Source: Zygnema circumcarinatum SAG 698-1b (Eukaryota; Plantae; Zygnematophyceae). From it: DNA of 64,000 nucleotides. Both the position numbers and the translations under genes were made by a program. The stretch lies in the NCBI GenBank assembly GCA_037447605.1, contig CM074815.1, forward strand, positions 1,302,001 through 1,366,000, written 5' to 3'. The notes beneath the pieces were generated by a model. It did not search any database, was not told where the DNA came from, and saw only the letters and a program-made list of their open reading frames with translations. Every line of letters begins with the position of its first letter. Within the stretch, counting starts at the first letter, position 1. Below are positions 1 to 10,877 of this stretch, in pieces.

Positions 1-1064
1 TCAGGGATAGGCCATCTGTCGAGGGAGGTGGTCGGCGGTCGGCTGCTTGGGGAAGCCAAAGCGGGCTGCGAAGCTGATAGGGAAGGTTCACGTGCATTTC
101 GGCAAATCGCAGCAGCATGCGGCTCGAGCGTACCCGGCCCAGCCAGCTCCTCACCAGTGAATCGTCAGTTCCCTCCTCCCGGCGTAGATCCCGAGGATGA
201 CGTGGAAGGAGGGAGGGGCAGGGAAGTTCCTCGGCGAGGGCGGCCGGTGGAGCGATGCAGAGAGGAAGGCGCGCCGTTCCCGGCATTGGCAGCAGGAGGA
301 ATGGCAGAAGAGGATATGAATGAGGGTCAGCTTTGCTTGACAGGAGCACAGCGCCAGGCCATTACAATCTCGGCGTCGGTGGCGAAGGCACCTGCCGGGA
401 AATTGATGGGTGATTCGGACCAAGCCGGTTGCAATGCTGTGGCAATCTGGGCAGTGCGGGCGCGGGCAGCCAGATCGGGCTCGACCCCCAATACGTTTGT
501 CAAGGAAGGGGACTCCATGGGGTGCAGATGGATCGGCGGACGTTGCAGGATGGTATAAGAGGGTGAAGGAGGTGGAGGCGGGCGAAAGGGAACATGAGTT
601 CTCGATGGTATGTGTGTCGCCGGGAGCATGTCCATGAAAGTGATCTCTGCAGGTGAGCTCCCTGTAGCTGCTTCTTTCCCCTTTCGGGCTTTCTCACTTT
701 GGAGAGTCTCACTTAAGCATACGAGGGCATCATGTCAGTGATGCGGCAAAAGGTGCGAGGTCCATGGTCCCGCAGCCGCATTGCCCAGGTTGCCCATGAT
801 TACGTCTTGCGCCAGTGGACAAACGCCCTGCGGAACCCCTCCCTCTGTGTCCGGTGCGCAAATGGCCACACAGCGGCCTCTCTCTTGAGGGTGTCGCGAT
901 CCGGGATAAGGACCCACTGGAAATAACACAGGCCCGAGAAACGCCGGGTATGAGGATTCACGAAAGGCTCAATAGGATGAGATCATGAGGTATGGAGAAA
1001 GGGAAGGGGCTTGAGTAGTGCTGGCTATAGCGGTACACCCGCGAGGGGGCTGCGGGGCGTCTGA

Positions 1065-4000
1065 TGTTGAGTGTTAGGCTAGTTAGGAACTTGTAATACA
1101 CTAAGTTATTTGGTACTAAGTTCTTAGGGGTGTGCTCATAGTGTCCGAATTGCATGAAGGACCGCCTTAGCGACCGTACAGGCCTTTTGGGGGTGTCTTG
1201 GCGTAGCAGCGCTTCTGGAGGCTGGCCGAGAGAAAACAGGTGTACGGGCTTGGCTGGCGGAAGTGTCTGCGGCCATGGCGGAGTCTTGGTGTGGTGAGAA
1301 GCCTTGAGTGGGGCGCTACAGTGCAAAGGCAGCGATGCGCCGTGAAGTCGCATGTGAACCGATGAAGCAGCGCTGATGAGTAAATACTTGGCCGCGCAAT
1401 CTGGTGCGACTTGATTGGTCGCGAAAGCAGCGATAGCGAGGAAACGCGGAAGCGCAAGTCCCGTGTAGCGAAGATTAGCGGCAATCCCGGCGGCCCGCGT
1501 GGGCCCACTTTCGGTTAGTGGAAGCGCCGTTGGTTGGCTGATGTGCAGCGAAAAATTGGCCAGGAAAATGTCAAAGGACGAGAAGCGAGAGGATACATGC
1601 AGCGGGGCAATCCGTTAATTGATTGTCTGCGTAGGTTCTGAGACCGCAACCGTGGAATCACGGATTTGGTCTTGCAGCTTTCAGAATGCAAGAGGGCTAG
1701 CAATGGTGGGCGTGGCGTGACATCTAATTGATGTCACGTCACCACGGTATAGTAGTATATTATGGAGATTACATTTTGTAGGTGTTAACCTTCTCGTGTC
1801 ATTGGGGGACGTGAGGCTATCTTGCTTTGGGCCTAGAAGATAGTGGGAAGAGTTCAGCTTGTAGTGGGGTGGTGTATTCACATAGCTTGAGTTTAGGTGC
1901 TTGAAGCTTGGCTCTAGAGTTGTCAAGTTGTATTCATCTTTAACTAAGGAGTTTTAGGGCGGAGGCTTTCTCCTTACATCTTCTTCATTCATTTGATGTT
2001 CCTATTGCATTTAGTATTGTTGTGTGTCCACATCCTTGAAAGTGTGATTGAACAAGTCGAAGATGTCGGAGTTCTCTGAGGGTAGAGGAGAGGTAAGCGT
2101 GACACACCTACGCCGCGAGGCCATTTGCATCAACAAGTGGTATCGAGAGTAGGCAGCGTTGAAGGCAATGGGATTTACCATTTGATTGATGGGAAAAGAA
2201 CTACAAAGCGGTGGAAGTTTAGCATACTCAGTCTTTGGAGAACAAGCGATTGTTGGAGTATGTGGATGGCTCCATTGTGGCCCCGGATTCGGAGACCAAC
2301 CTTGTAGAGTTTGAGCAGTGGAGGGTGAAGGATTGTAAGGTTAGGACCTTGCTTTGTGCTGGCGTTAGTGAGGAGCCTACAGATCTGATTTCAGAGTTAA
2401 AGACAGCTCGAGAGATGTGGGATACGTTAGAGAAGATCTATGATGTAGTAGATAACGCCACTGTAGTTTATCTCTACACGGAGCTAGGAAAACTCAGCTT
2501 GGAATCAGGAGAGGATCTTAAAGACTATGTGATCAAATTTGATAATCTGATGCAAAAGTTTACGATGGGATGAGCCGGCCCCTTCACTTGGATCCGCAGA
2601 TTGTAGTCTATTCACAGGAGGCTTTGCTTGGAGACGGTTGACCACTTGCACTGCCTTTCGACTTTCGGCAAAGATGACCTTTGGCGGAGTCCAAAGAGGA
2701 GAGTGGTAGGGAGGATGGTCTTGGGACAAGCGGTCTGAAGTCAGGATTGGGAGAAGGTGCTTAATAGAACCTTGACGCGCCCATACAAAAGAGCGACAGG
2801 GATTAAACGCGACCAGAGATGGTGGAAGCGAGGCTTCGAGACTTCTTGCCTCTTGTGGGAAGCGGTCACTTCAGAGGCGCGAATTTGAGCGGTTCACCCT
2901 CGAATGGAGATGCTTTGGAAGGGAAGCGAAGGGAGGGTGATGGCGAGGTATCCCAAAGTGATACGCCAAGAGAAGTTCACGAGACGGGTGATGATGTTCC
3001 ACGGTGGGAAGTGATGACGGTTGGATTGGGTGTGTTGTTCGAGTTGAGGATTCAGCGAGACCTTGGGTGATTGATTCCGGTGCTTCAAGGCACATGTGCG
3101 TGGACGACTCACTCTTTGAAGAGAAGCAGACTTTGGAGGGAACCCGCTCGGTCTACTCGGCAACGGGAGAAGGGGTCATGGTGACGCAAAGCGGAACGAT
3201 CAGGTTGGATGTGCTCGGGGAGGGAAGCACGCAGAGGGTTGTCCATGTTGGTAACGTACTGCATACTCCCGGACTACAGATTAATTTCCTCTCTGTTAGT
3301 GTTGTGTGAAGGACTATGGGTATGGTTTTGAGAAAATTGGTTGTGAGGTTATTCACAAGGAGACAGGTCAGGTCTTGTGCAAGGGAATTCAACAAGGTGG
3401 GCTTTACTTTCTAGAGTGGAAGGAGGCTCAAGGGCTGAGCAGTCCCGCCAAGGATCCTGTAGAAGAACCCATTCACCATAAGATAGATCCCAAACCAGCT
3501 TGGAGGAGGAAAGAGGGATGCTAAACATTGAGGCTTCCGAGGGGGCGAGGGGATTATTGCGCCCGGCGGCATTTGGATAGCCGGGGCTAAGGGGTTGAAA
3601 GACCCATCCGCAGAAAGGGTGGACATTAGTGGTGGTGAGAATGTGTGCGAATTTGAGGGTTCACTTTCGAGTTAGTGAGCTCCCGAAGGCCGAGGAAACG
3701 AGGGGCTTGTTGCATCCAAGCAAGGATGGAGTTGAAGTGGAGAGGTCCTTTCTAAGCCCATGGTAGTGGGCGGCAGGCACAAGGCACGCAACTACAAGGA
3801 TTACCAGTTCTTTTGGACCCATGGGAATTTGGCCAGGCGCCGGGGTCGAATGTGGAAGCGACCAAGTCAAGATCAAGAGGGGAAGATGAACTCGGACCTT
3901 GAGATCAGAGGCGACTTATTTGAGACAGGGAGCATACACGTGGATTTGGTGGGACACTATGGAACAGTAGTGGTCTCATGGAACTAGGCCCCATGGGGAA

Positions 4001-5115
4001 CTAAGTACCAAGAGGGGGATTGTTAGTGTTAGGCTAGTTAGGAACTTGTAATACACTAAGTTATTTGGTACTAAGTTCTTGGGGGTGTGCTCATAGTGTC
4101 CAGGTGCATGAAGGACACGCCTTAGCGACACGTCTGGGCCTTTTTGGGGTGTGTAGCGTAGCTTTGTGCCTGAATCTGGCGGGAGGAGAGCAGATTATGC
4201 GGGCTGGCCTTGTAGTGTCACGACCATCAGTCTTGATTGGTGGCAGCAGTCACGAATGCCGAGGCCCTTAAGAGCGCCCGGAGTCTTGCCGTGCATATGA
4301 ACCGATGAAACGGCAGCCCGGTGGTGTACTTGCCTGTGGAAGCGCGAGAAATGTCTGGTGTAGCGACTTGATTGAATACAGCAGCAGCGACTCGCGGGGA
4401 GACAGCAGGCGCGCAAGCCGACACCAACCTTGGCAGCGAGAAAAGTTAGCGGCTTAGCGAATGGCTTGGCGCCACGTAGGCCACTTCGGTTAGTAGGCTG
4501 CGTTGGTTGAAATTATGCAGCAAGAAGTGGCGGCGAGAAAATGTCAAAGGAGACTTTGGCAGCGGCGAGATACATGCAGCGAAGGCATCCGACAGTAAAT
4601 TATACCGTGAGTTCACGAGACCACCTTAAATGAGTCTAGTTTGGTCTTGCAGCTTTCTTAGGAATGCAAAGGGCTGGCAATGAGGTGGGCGTGGCGTGAC
4701 ATCTAGTGTCACATCCCGGCGTATATAGTAGTATATTATGGAAGTGTTTTTGTAGGTGTTAACCTTCTCGTGACTCATTGGGGACGTGAGGCTATCTTGC
4801 TGGGCACGGAAGATAGTGGGAAGAGTTGACTTGTGAGTGGGGTGGTGTATTCACATGAAAGCAGGTTTAGGTGCTTGAAGCTTGGCTCTAGGTTGTCAAG
4901 TTGTATTCATCTTTAACTTAAAAAGGAGTTTTAAGAGTGGAGGCTTTCTCTTACATCTTCTTCATTCCATTTTACGTCTGATTACATTGCATTTGAGTAT
5001 TGTTGTGTGTCCACATCCTTGAAGAGTGTGATTGAACAAGTCATTGAAGATGTCGAGTTCTACCGAGGGTAGAGGAGAAGTGGCAGCACCTCGCACGGAG
5101 GCCGCTGCATCAACA
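1065..5115 (+). mobile_element. Non-autonomous Ty1/Copia element with gag and protease only (TR-GAG-like), nested in the family A gag
   Basis: LTRs 1065-2135 (TGTTGA...CAACA) and 4021-5115 (TGTTAG...CAACA). Imperfect iMet PBS TGGTATCGAGAG at 2138-2149; PPT AGAGGGGGAT at 4011-4020. CTGA flanks both ends (right side CTGAG; the uninterrupted paralogue near 50.5 kb reads CCTGAGCAG). The 1.9-kb interior has Copia gag and protease motifs but no RT or integrase. Confidence 0.85.
2200..3430 (+). pseudogene. Copia gag / aspartic protease / pre-integrase fragments (frameshifted)
   Basis: ORF 2235-2573 LLEYVDGS...KTAREMWDTLEKIY resembles Copia gag. ORF 3004-3309 contains WVIDSGASRHMC (Copia protease). 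ORF 3306-3524 contains LCKGIQQGGLYFL (segment that precedes the integrase) and then diverges. Confidence 0.8.
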
Positions 5116-5408
5116 CTGAGCAGGGATGCCGGAGAAAGACGGCTTGTTCCTGGAAGCCGTAGCGTAAGGATCATACATTTCTTGACTGCAGGTGCTTGAG
5201 GTATTCTTGAGTACGATGCGATCACAGCGTGAATGCAACGCATTCATGCCAGGTAGTGCGTACATGTAGGTTGCCTCTCTCTTGATCTTTCTAAATTCGC
5301 TACGCGCCCTTCCCAACAAGCACGGGCATCTGTGGTGGGTTGTCGTAGCGGCTCCGATCGGTGAAGATCTTTTCTACGTGATGGCTAGCGAGGAACCCTT
5401 TGGAGAAC

Positions 5409-6530
5409 CTAGAGAGTGGGTAAGTTCTGCGATGCATTATTTGCCATGCGCACAAAACGCTCAGTGAATTCAAATAGCCGCTCATCACTATAGCACTCTA
5501 TGTAGCGAAGTCGGTCTAGCACAGTGATTGGATCTGAAATCCAGCGTTGTCTGAAAGCCTGCTTGAATGTGTCCCTTGTCAGGGTGCCGACGACATCCGC
5601 TTTGTGCCAGTTTCGGGACAGCTTCCAATTGACTCCCTCTCCTTCCAGCGATCCAAGGGCCAGCTTGATCCACTGGTCCTCTTTCAAGTCTGCTTGCGCT
5701 GCCTTCTCCTCAAGATGTCTCAGCCAAGCTTCTGCATCTTCGTGCTTTCCGGTGAATCCTCTAGTGATGATGCCCGTGGTATCTCTCACCTCACTCTTTT
5801 CAGGAATCATGGCTATCAGTTTTGTCATCATCTCTTCCATCTTGTTGGGAACCTCAGATCTGAAACGTGTGCTTCTTTGCAGGTTGGTGCAAAAGCTGGA
5901 GGGTCCTTGCGATCGTCCTGCCCTTGCCCTTGAAGCCGCTCGCCTGGGGCTGCCGGATGGGTAAGTTGTGAACGTCGGAGGTGAGGGTGTCTTCTGAGGA
6001 ATCCCCTGTTTTGCTGTGGGACTGCGTGCCGCTGCTGTGCTGGAAGGGACTCCTGGTGCAGTAGTTATTCGACTGAGATCCCGTGGGTTTTGTCTTTGGT
6101 GGGCCGCAGGGGGGATCTCAGGTTCGAACGGAACTCCTCTCTTCACGGCATCTGCGGCCGTGCCAGCAACTGGGCAAGTTGCCAACTTAATCATCCTTCG
6201 TGCATATCGCCAGCGAAACCTATGGCCATCACTGCCTAGATGGAGTCGCTGCAGTTCTTCAATCGACTCGATCTGCTCAATGTAAGCCAAACTGGGATAA
6301 GGGTTCTCTTCTGTGATGCCCATCTTTAGTCTTTCTCTGACTGCTTCTTCCTCTGAGTCTGAATCCGTCCTTGGATTTCCGATCGTCTGATCTTCTTGAA
6401 GTCCCAAGTCTTCATCTGAAAACTCATGAAGATCTGCTTGTCCCTCTTGTTGCAGCTCTTCATCCATAGCGGCTGTGACACGGGTCACAGGATCGGCAGC
6501 CTCACGTATCAAGGTACGTGGATATGCCAA
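5409..6530 (-). pseudogene. Family A Gypsy gag (N-terminal and capsid region), decayed
   Basis: 373-aa ORF with a gag core, homologous to 63045-63941 plus 50768-51397. Confidence 0.8.
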
Positions 6531-6549
6531 ACCTTCAACTCTGGATGTT

Positions 6550-7539
6550 GAGTAAGTGGGGTTAAGGGGGAGGCTGGCGAGGCGAGTTCGCAGTGTTGCT
6601 GCTGACCCTTCTGGCGTGGAGTCTTTGGGCGATGAAGGGTTGTGTTGTTAGTGCTGTGGAGTGCACTGCGGCATAGAGCGGGGATGTCCGAGGATTGGAG
6701 GTCTTGTATGACGGTAGGGATCACGAAGATGTTTCCCCGCCATTTTGGGCCCGATCTTGTGAGAGCCGCTCACTTGGGGCTCTCTTCCTGTCTCTCTTGA
6801 GGGCACTACTGCCCAGCTGGGCTTCTAGTTATCATCGGTCATTGGGAGGAGTGTAAGGCAGGATATCACAAGATGGTAGCTTGGCATAGTGACAGCAAAG
6901 GGAAAATAGGACTCAGCTTAGATAAAGGTTGTGTTTTGGAAACTCACCCCAGCCAGCGGTTGGCTGGGGATTGTCATTGCAATAAAAGTGTCTTCTCACT
7001 GAAATGCTTGTCTGGCTGGGCTGAATGGGATGTCTAAATGCTATCAGCAAGAAGACTCTCTCTCTCTCTCTCTCTCTACGCAATGGAACTCTCTCTCTCT
7101 CTCTTACTTAGCATCTGTTGCTGGAGCTTGAGAGGAAGAAAAGAAGAACAAGACAACAAACCACACAGCAAATACAAATACTAAGCCCAGCACTAAAAGA
7201 CAAACTAGCATCACTGACATCCCATCTACTTATCACTGACAGTAGATCCTGAGTCTTAGCAGTGACAGTCTCTGATCAGCAGACCCACTGAGAAGCCTGG
7301 AAGCCCATTCCGTGAGACCTTCTGATAGGTCAACGAATGACGATCGCGGCATTATCAACGCTTCCGGTGCGGCCTTGCTGGATGGTGTGTTGTTCCGTGG
7401 GCCGCCAACACATGGCGCCGCCTTCTCGCATTCTCCGTCGGCAGCTCCTGGATTATGCCGGTCCGTGACACTGAAGAGGCATATGTCAAGTACAACTGAA
7501 CTGACGCGAATCCGTCGAGCGCAACTCCACTACGCTACA
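6550..7539 (-). repeat. 5' LTR of family A copy 1 (boundaries approximate)
   Basis: Direct-repeat match to ~39570-40591, including CT microsatellites (~7037-7084) and the junction GGGAGGAG-TGTAAGGCAGG at 6852. The match ends near CGCTACA at 7539. Confidence 0.65.
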
Positions 7540-7559
7540 ACGCACTCCTTGGGGTGGTA

Positions 7560-7582
7560 AATACGAGGACCCCCCACTGTAC
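7560..7582 (-). repeat. Isolated TIR-like fragment related to the 33.3-kb MITE
   Basis: Minus strand reads TA-CAGTGGGGGGTCCTCGTATTT, similar to TA-CAGGGGGTCCTCGTCATATTTT at 33645 and TA-CAGTAGGACCCC at 33255. No partner end was found. Confidence 0.35.
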
Positions 7583-8576
7583 GGAAAGTACAGATGAATG
7601 TACTAAACGTACGGATCAAGGTACAAATGTACGGAAAATGTGAAAAGTACGGGCAGTACTCAACACAACTCTCAAAACTGAGGATCCAGCACAGCACAGT
7701 TTTTTAGCTTTTAGTTCTCACCTCTCAACTCTCCTTGTGCCTCTTCTCACTTGTATTACCCCTCTTATCTCTTGTCTGCCTCCCACTCCTCACCCTAAGA
7801 GAGAGCGAGAGAGAGACAGACCACATCTACAAGGGTGTGTTAAGCAGGTCGTGAAGACCAAAATCGAACAGATTTTTGCGTGTTACTATTACTGTACACA
7901 TAGTTACTGAGTGAGATCAATGCCAAATCATTTTACTGAGTGCTTTTTCTCTCTTTTCTTTTTTGTTAGAAAGAGATAGTTGCGATGCGGAACTGAACGC
8001 TGTCTTCAATCGTCACCGGCCCGGGCCCGGTCGTACGAGGTAAGCGTCACGTGACAGGGGGCACGGGGGGGCACGAAATATATGGGGAAAATTTTTGGAG
8101 GCGTGCCCCCGGCACGGACGGTCAAAAATGGGGGGCATGCCCCCCCCCCGGGCATGCCCGTGCCCCCGTGCCCCCAACCCTAGGGCCCGCCCCTCGCGGA
8201 ACGCGATCTGTCGTGCGGGGGACTGATAATTCGCGTCTGATTGGCCGACGACGGGCCTCTCATGCGACGAGCGAGCCAGCGATGGATGGCCCGAGCGAAT
8301 CCAAAAGTAGCCACTCTCCTCGCTCCACCTGGCGTTTGATTTACATGCGAGCAGTTCTGGCGCAGGCTGACAGTGACGGTGATGCATAGATCCTCTCGAA
8401 AACGACAGTTTTTCAACGACATTTTTTACAAGATCGAAACGGGCAGGGAGGAGGGCATTTCTCCCCATCGCGAATTACCACTAATAAATGTCCAATAGAG
8501 AAACGCCACGTGTACATTATGATACGTGACAGCTAACGATTGGATGTTGATCGACTGAAAAGCTCGCAATGAAGAA

Positions 8577-9525
8577 GGGTAGTGATATTTCCACCCCTTT
8601 TTTGGATCCAAACACCCCTTCCCGGCCCGGGCAGATTTCAAAAGGGATCAAAAACGGAAAATGCTTTTTTCACACCTTTTTGGAATCGATACCCACCTTC
8701 TTCCGTCGGCTGATTCTATTTTTGCTAACCAAGGAAAATGATACCCCGTCACCGCATTTTGAATACTGTATCCCGCCTCCCTGAATTTTTTTTTTTGAGG
8801 GAAAAAAATATCTGCCTGCCCGAATCCGCTCGGAGCGGAAGATCCGTCCGCAACGAGATCGTTCGCGGGAGTCCGTCCTTCACACGTGTGTGTCAATCGC
8901 AGCTGTCGATTCCCTCGCAGATCGCACAACTGCAAAACACCGTTCGATCTGCAGCCGGGATCAATCTCAGCGAATGGAAAGCACCCACGAGTCCCGCCAA
9001 AACCGGACCGCAAGTGCGAATGCGCGCGTCCCTCGGCCCGAGACCTCGTCATCGTCAGCTCTCAGCCAATCAACATCTGCCACGTGTTAAATTTTTGACG
9101 TGGGAAGTTTTGATTGGTCCAAGCTCTCAATGTACGAAATATTGGGTTCCTCAAAGTTGCGACCGTACGCGACATGTGTACGGACAAACTTTTGAGACGA
9201 GTTTGGCGGGATACGTGGGCACGTGCCATTCGCTGTGACCGAGCCTGGCTGCAGATCAAATACTGATCTGCCGTGTTGCGATCTGCGAGGGAATCGACGG
9301 CTGCGATTGACCGCACGCGTGAAAATAAATCAGGTAGGCGGGATATTCAAAATGGGGTGACGGGTTGTCATTTTCCTTGTCGCAAAAATATGATCTGTCG
9401 ATGGAGGGTGGGTATCGATTTCAAAAAGGTGTGAAAAAGCATTTTCCGTTTTTAATCCTTTTTGAAATCTGCCCGGCCGGGAAGGGGTGTTTAGATCCAA
9501 AAAAGGGGTGGAAATATCACTACCC
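8577..9525. mobile_element. Long-TIR MITE, copy 1 (Mutator-like; 8-bp TSD)
   Basis: Starts GGGTAGTGATATTTCCACCCC and ends GGGGTGGAAATATCACTACCC. About 200 bp of inverted arms, extended by a further ~80 bp after a bulge. Exact TSD ATGAAGAA at 8569-8576 and 9526-9533. No coding capacity. Confidence 0.85.
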
Positions 9526-9548
9526 ATGAAGAAAGGCCGTTTTTTTTT

Positions 9549-10487
9549 GGGTAGTGATATTTCCACCCCTTTTTTGGATCCAAACACCCCTTCCCGGCCG
9601 GGCAGATATCAAAAGGGATTAAAAACGGAAAATGCTTTTTTCACACCTTTTTGGAATCGATACCCACCTTCTTCCGTCGGCTGATTTTATTTTTGCTAAC
9701 CAAGGCAAATGATACTCCGTCACCGCATTTTGAATACTGTATCCCGCCTCCCTGAATTTTTTTTTGAGGAAAAGAAATATCTGCCTGCCCGAATCCGCTC
9801 GGAGCGGAAGATCCGTCCGCCAAGAGATCGTTCGCGGGTGTCCGTCCTTCACACGTGTATGTCAATCGCAGCTGTCGATTCCCTCGCAGATCGCACCACT
9901 GCAGATCACCGTTCGGTTTGCAGCCGGGCTCGATCTCAGCGAATGGAAAGCGCCCACGAGTCCCGTCAAAGCCAGATCGCACGTGCGAGTGCGCGCGTCC
10001 CTCGGCCCGAGATCTCGTTCATTGTCAGCTATCAGCCAATCAACATTTGCCACGTGCTACATTTTTGACGTGGAATTTTTTTTTTTGGTTTCAATGTACG
10101 AAATTTTGGGTTTCTCAAGTTGCGACCGTACGAAATTTGTACGCAAATATTTTTGAGAGGACTTTGGCGGGATACGTGGGCACGTGCCATTCACTGTGAC
10201 CCAGCCCGGTTGCAGATCAAATAGTGATCTGCCGTGTTGCGATCTGCGAGGGAATCGACGGCTGGGATTGACCGCAGGCGTGAAAAAAAATCAGGTAGGT
10301 GGGATATTCAAAATGGGGTGACGGGTTATCATTTTCCTTGTTTCGCAAAAATAAATCTGCCGATGGAGGGTGGGTATCGATTCCAAAAAGGTGTGAAAAA
10401 GCATTTTCCGTTTTTAATCCTTTTTGAAATCTGCCCGGCCGGGAAGGGGTGTTTGGATCCAAAAAAGGGGTGGAAATATCACTACCC
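9549..10487. mobile_element. Long-TIR MITE, copy 2 of the same family
   Basis: Same TIRs and interior as copy 1, in the same orientation. Flanked by T9 (9540-9548) and T13 (from 10488), consistent with its own poly-T TSD. Confidence 0.85.
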
Positions 10488-10877
10488 TTTTTTTTTTTTT
10501 CTTTGAAAGAGTTAATAGTTCCACAAGGAGAACCGTCGCCGTTTCACGGATCGGGGGGGCATCCCGTACATGGAGTTCCAAACGTCCTCAAGCGCTCTTC
10601 AAGGTCAAGCCATGGTTGCCAGAGCAGGAGCTCAACGTCGGCATATCTCCTGAAGGAAAAACATGTAATTTGTAGGCTCTTTCTTCTGCTCCGACTCTCA
10701 TCCCGGCAGGCAGACCAATCAATTTTCCACCGGCAGGAGGCCTGGGCCCCCGCATGACTGTTTAAACTTCCATTCAAATTTCCACCGATATTAGGCCTTG
10801 GTGCCTTCCTTTTTTGTAATTGGTCAGGATCCTTGATCCTTCTTTCTTTCTTTCTTTAGCGCGCAAATTGTGGAGCA

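Larger units (their letters stand above)
1..7539 (-). mobile_element. Ty3/Gypsy LTR retrotransposon, family A, copy 1 (5' part: LTR plus decayed gag; continues off the left edge; interrupted by a Copia element at 1065-5115)
   Basis: Minus ORF 5409-6530 has a retrotransposon gag core (FTGKHEDAEAWLRHLEEK...FKQAFRQRWISDP) nearly identical to ORFs at 50768-51397 and 63045-63941. Bases 1-1064 match the gag C-terminal region at ~49.5-50.5 kb. Bases ~6550-7539 match ~39570-40591 and 63658-64000. Confidence 0.85.

Noticed and set aside
8013-8200. GC-rich locally palindromic stretch (GGCACGGGGGGCAC...GTGCCCCCGTGCC)
   Set aside because: It may be a small TE remnant, but no clear termini or TSD could be defined.
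8426-10506. Many 60-170 aa ORFs in both directions
   Set aside because: They recur because of the MITE duplication and inverted arms, and show no transposase or other domain motifs.
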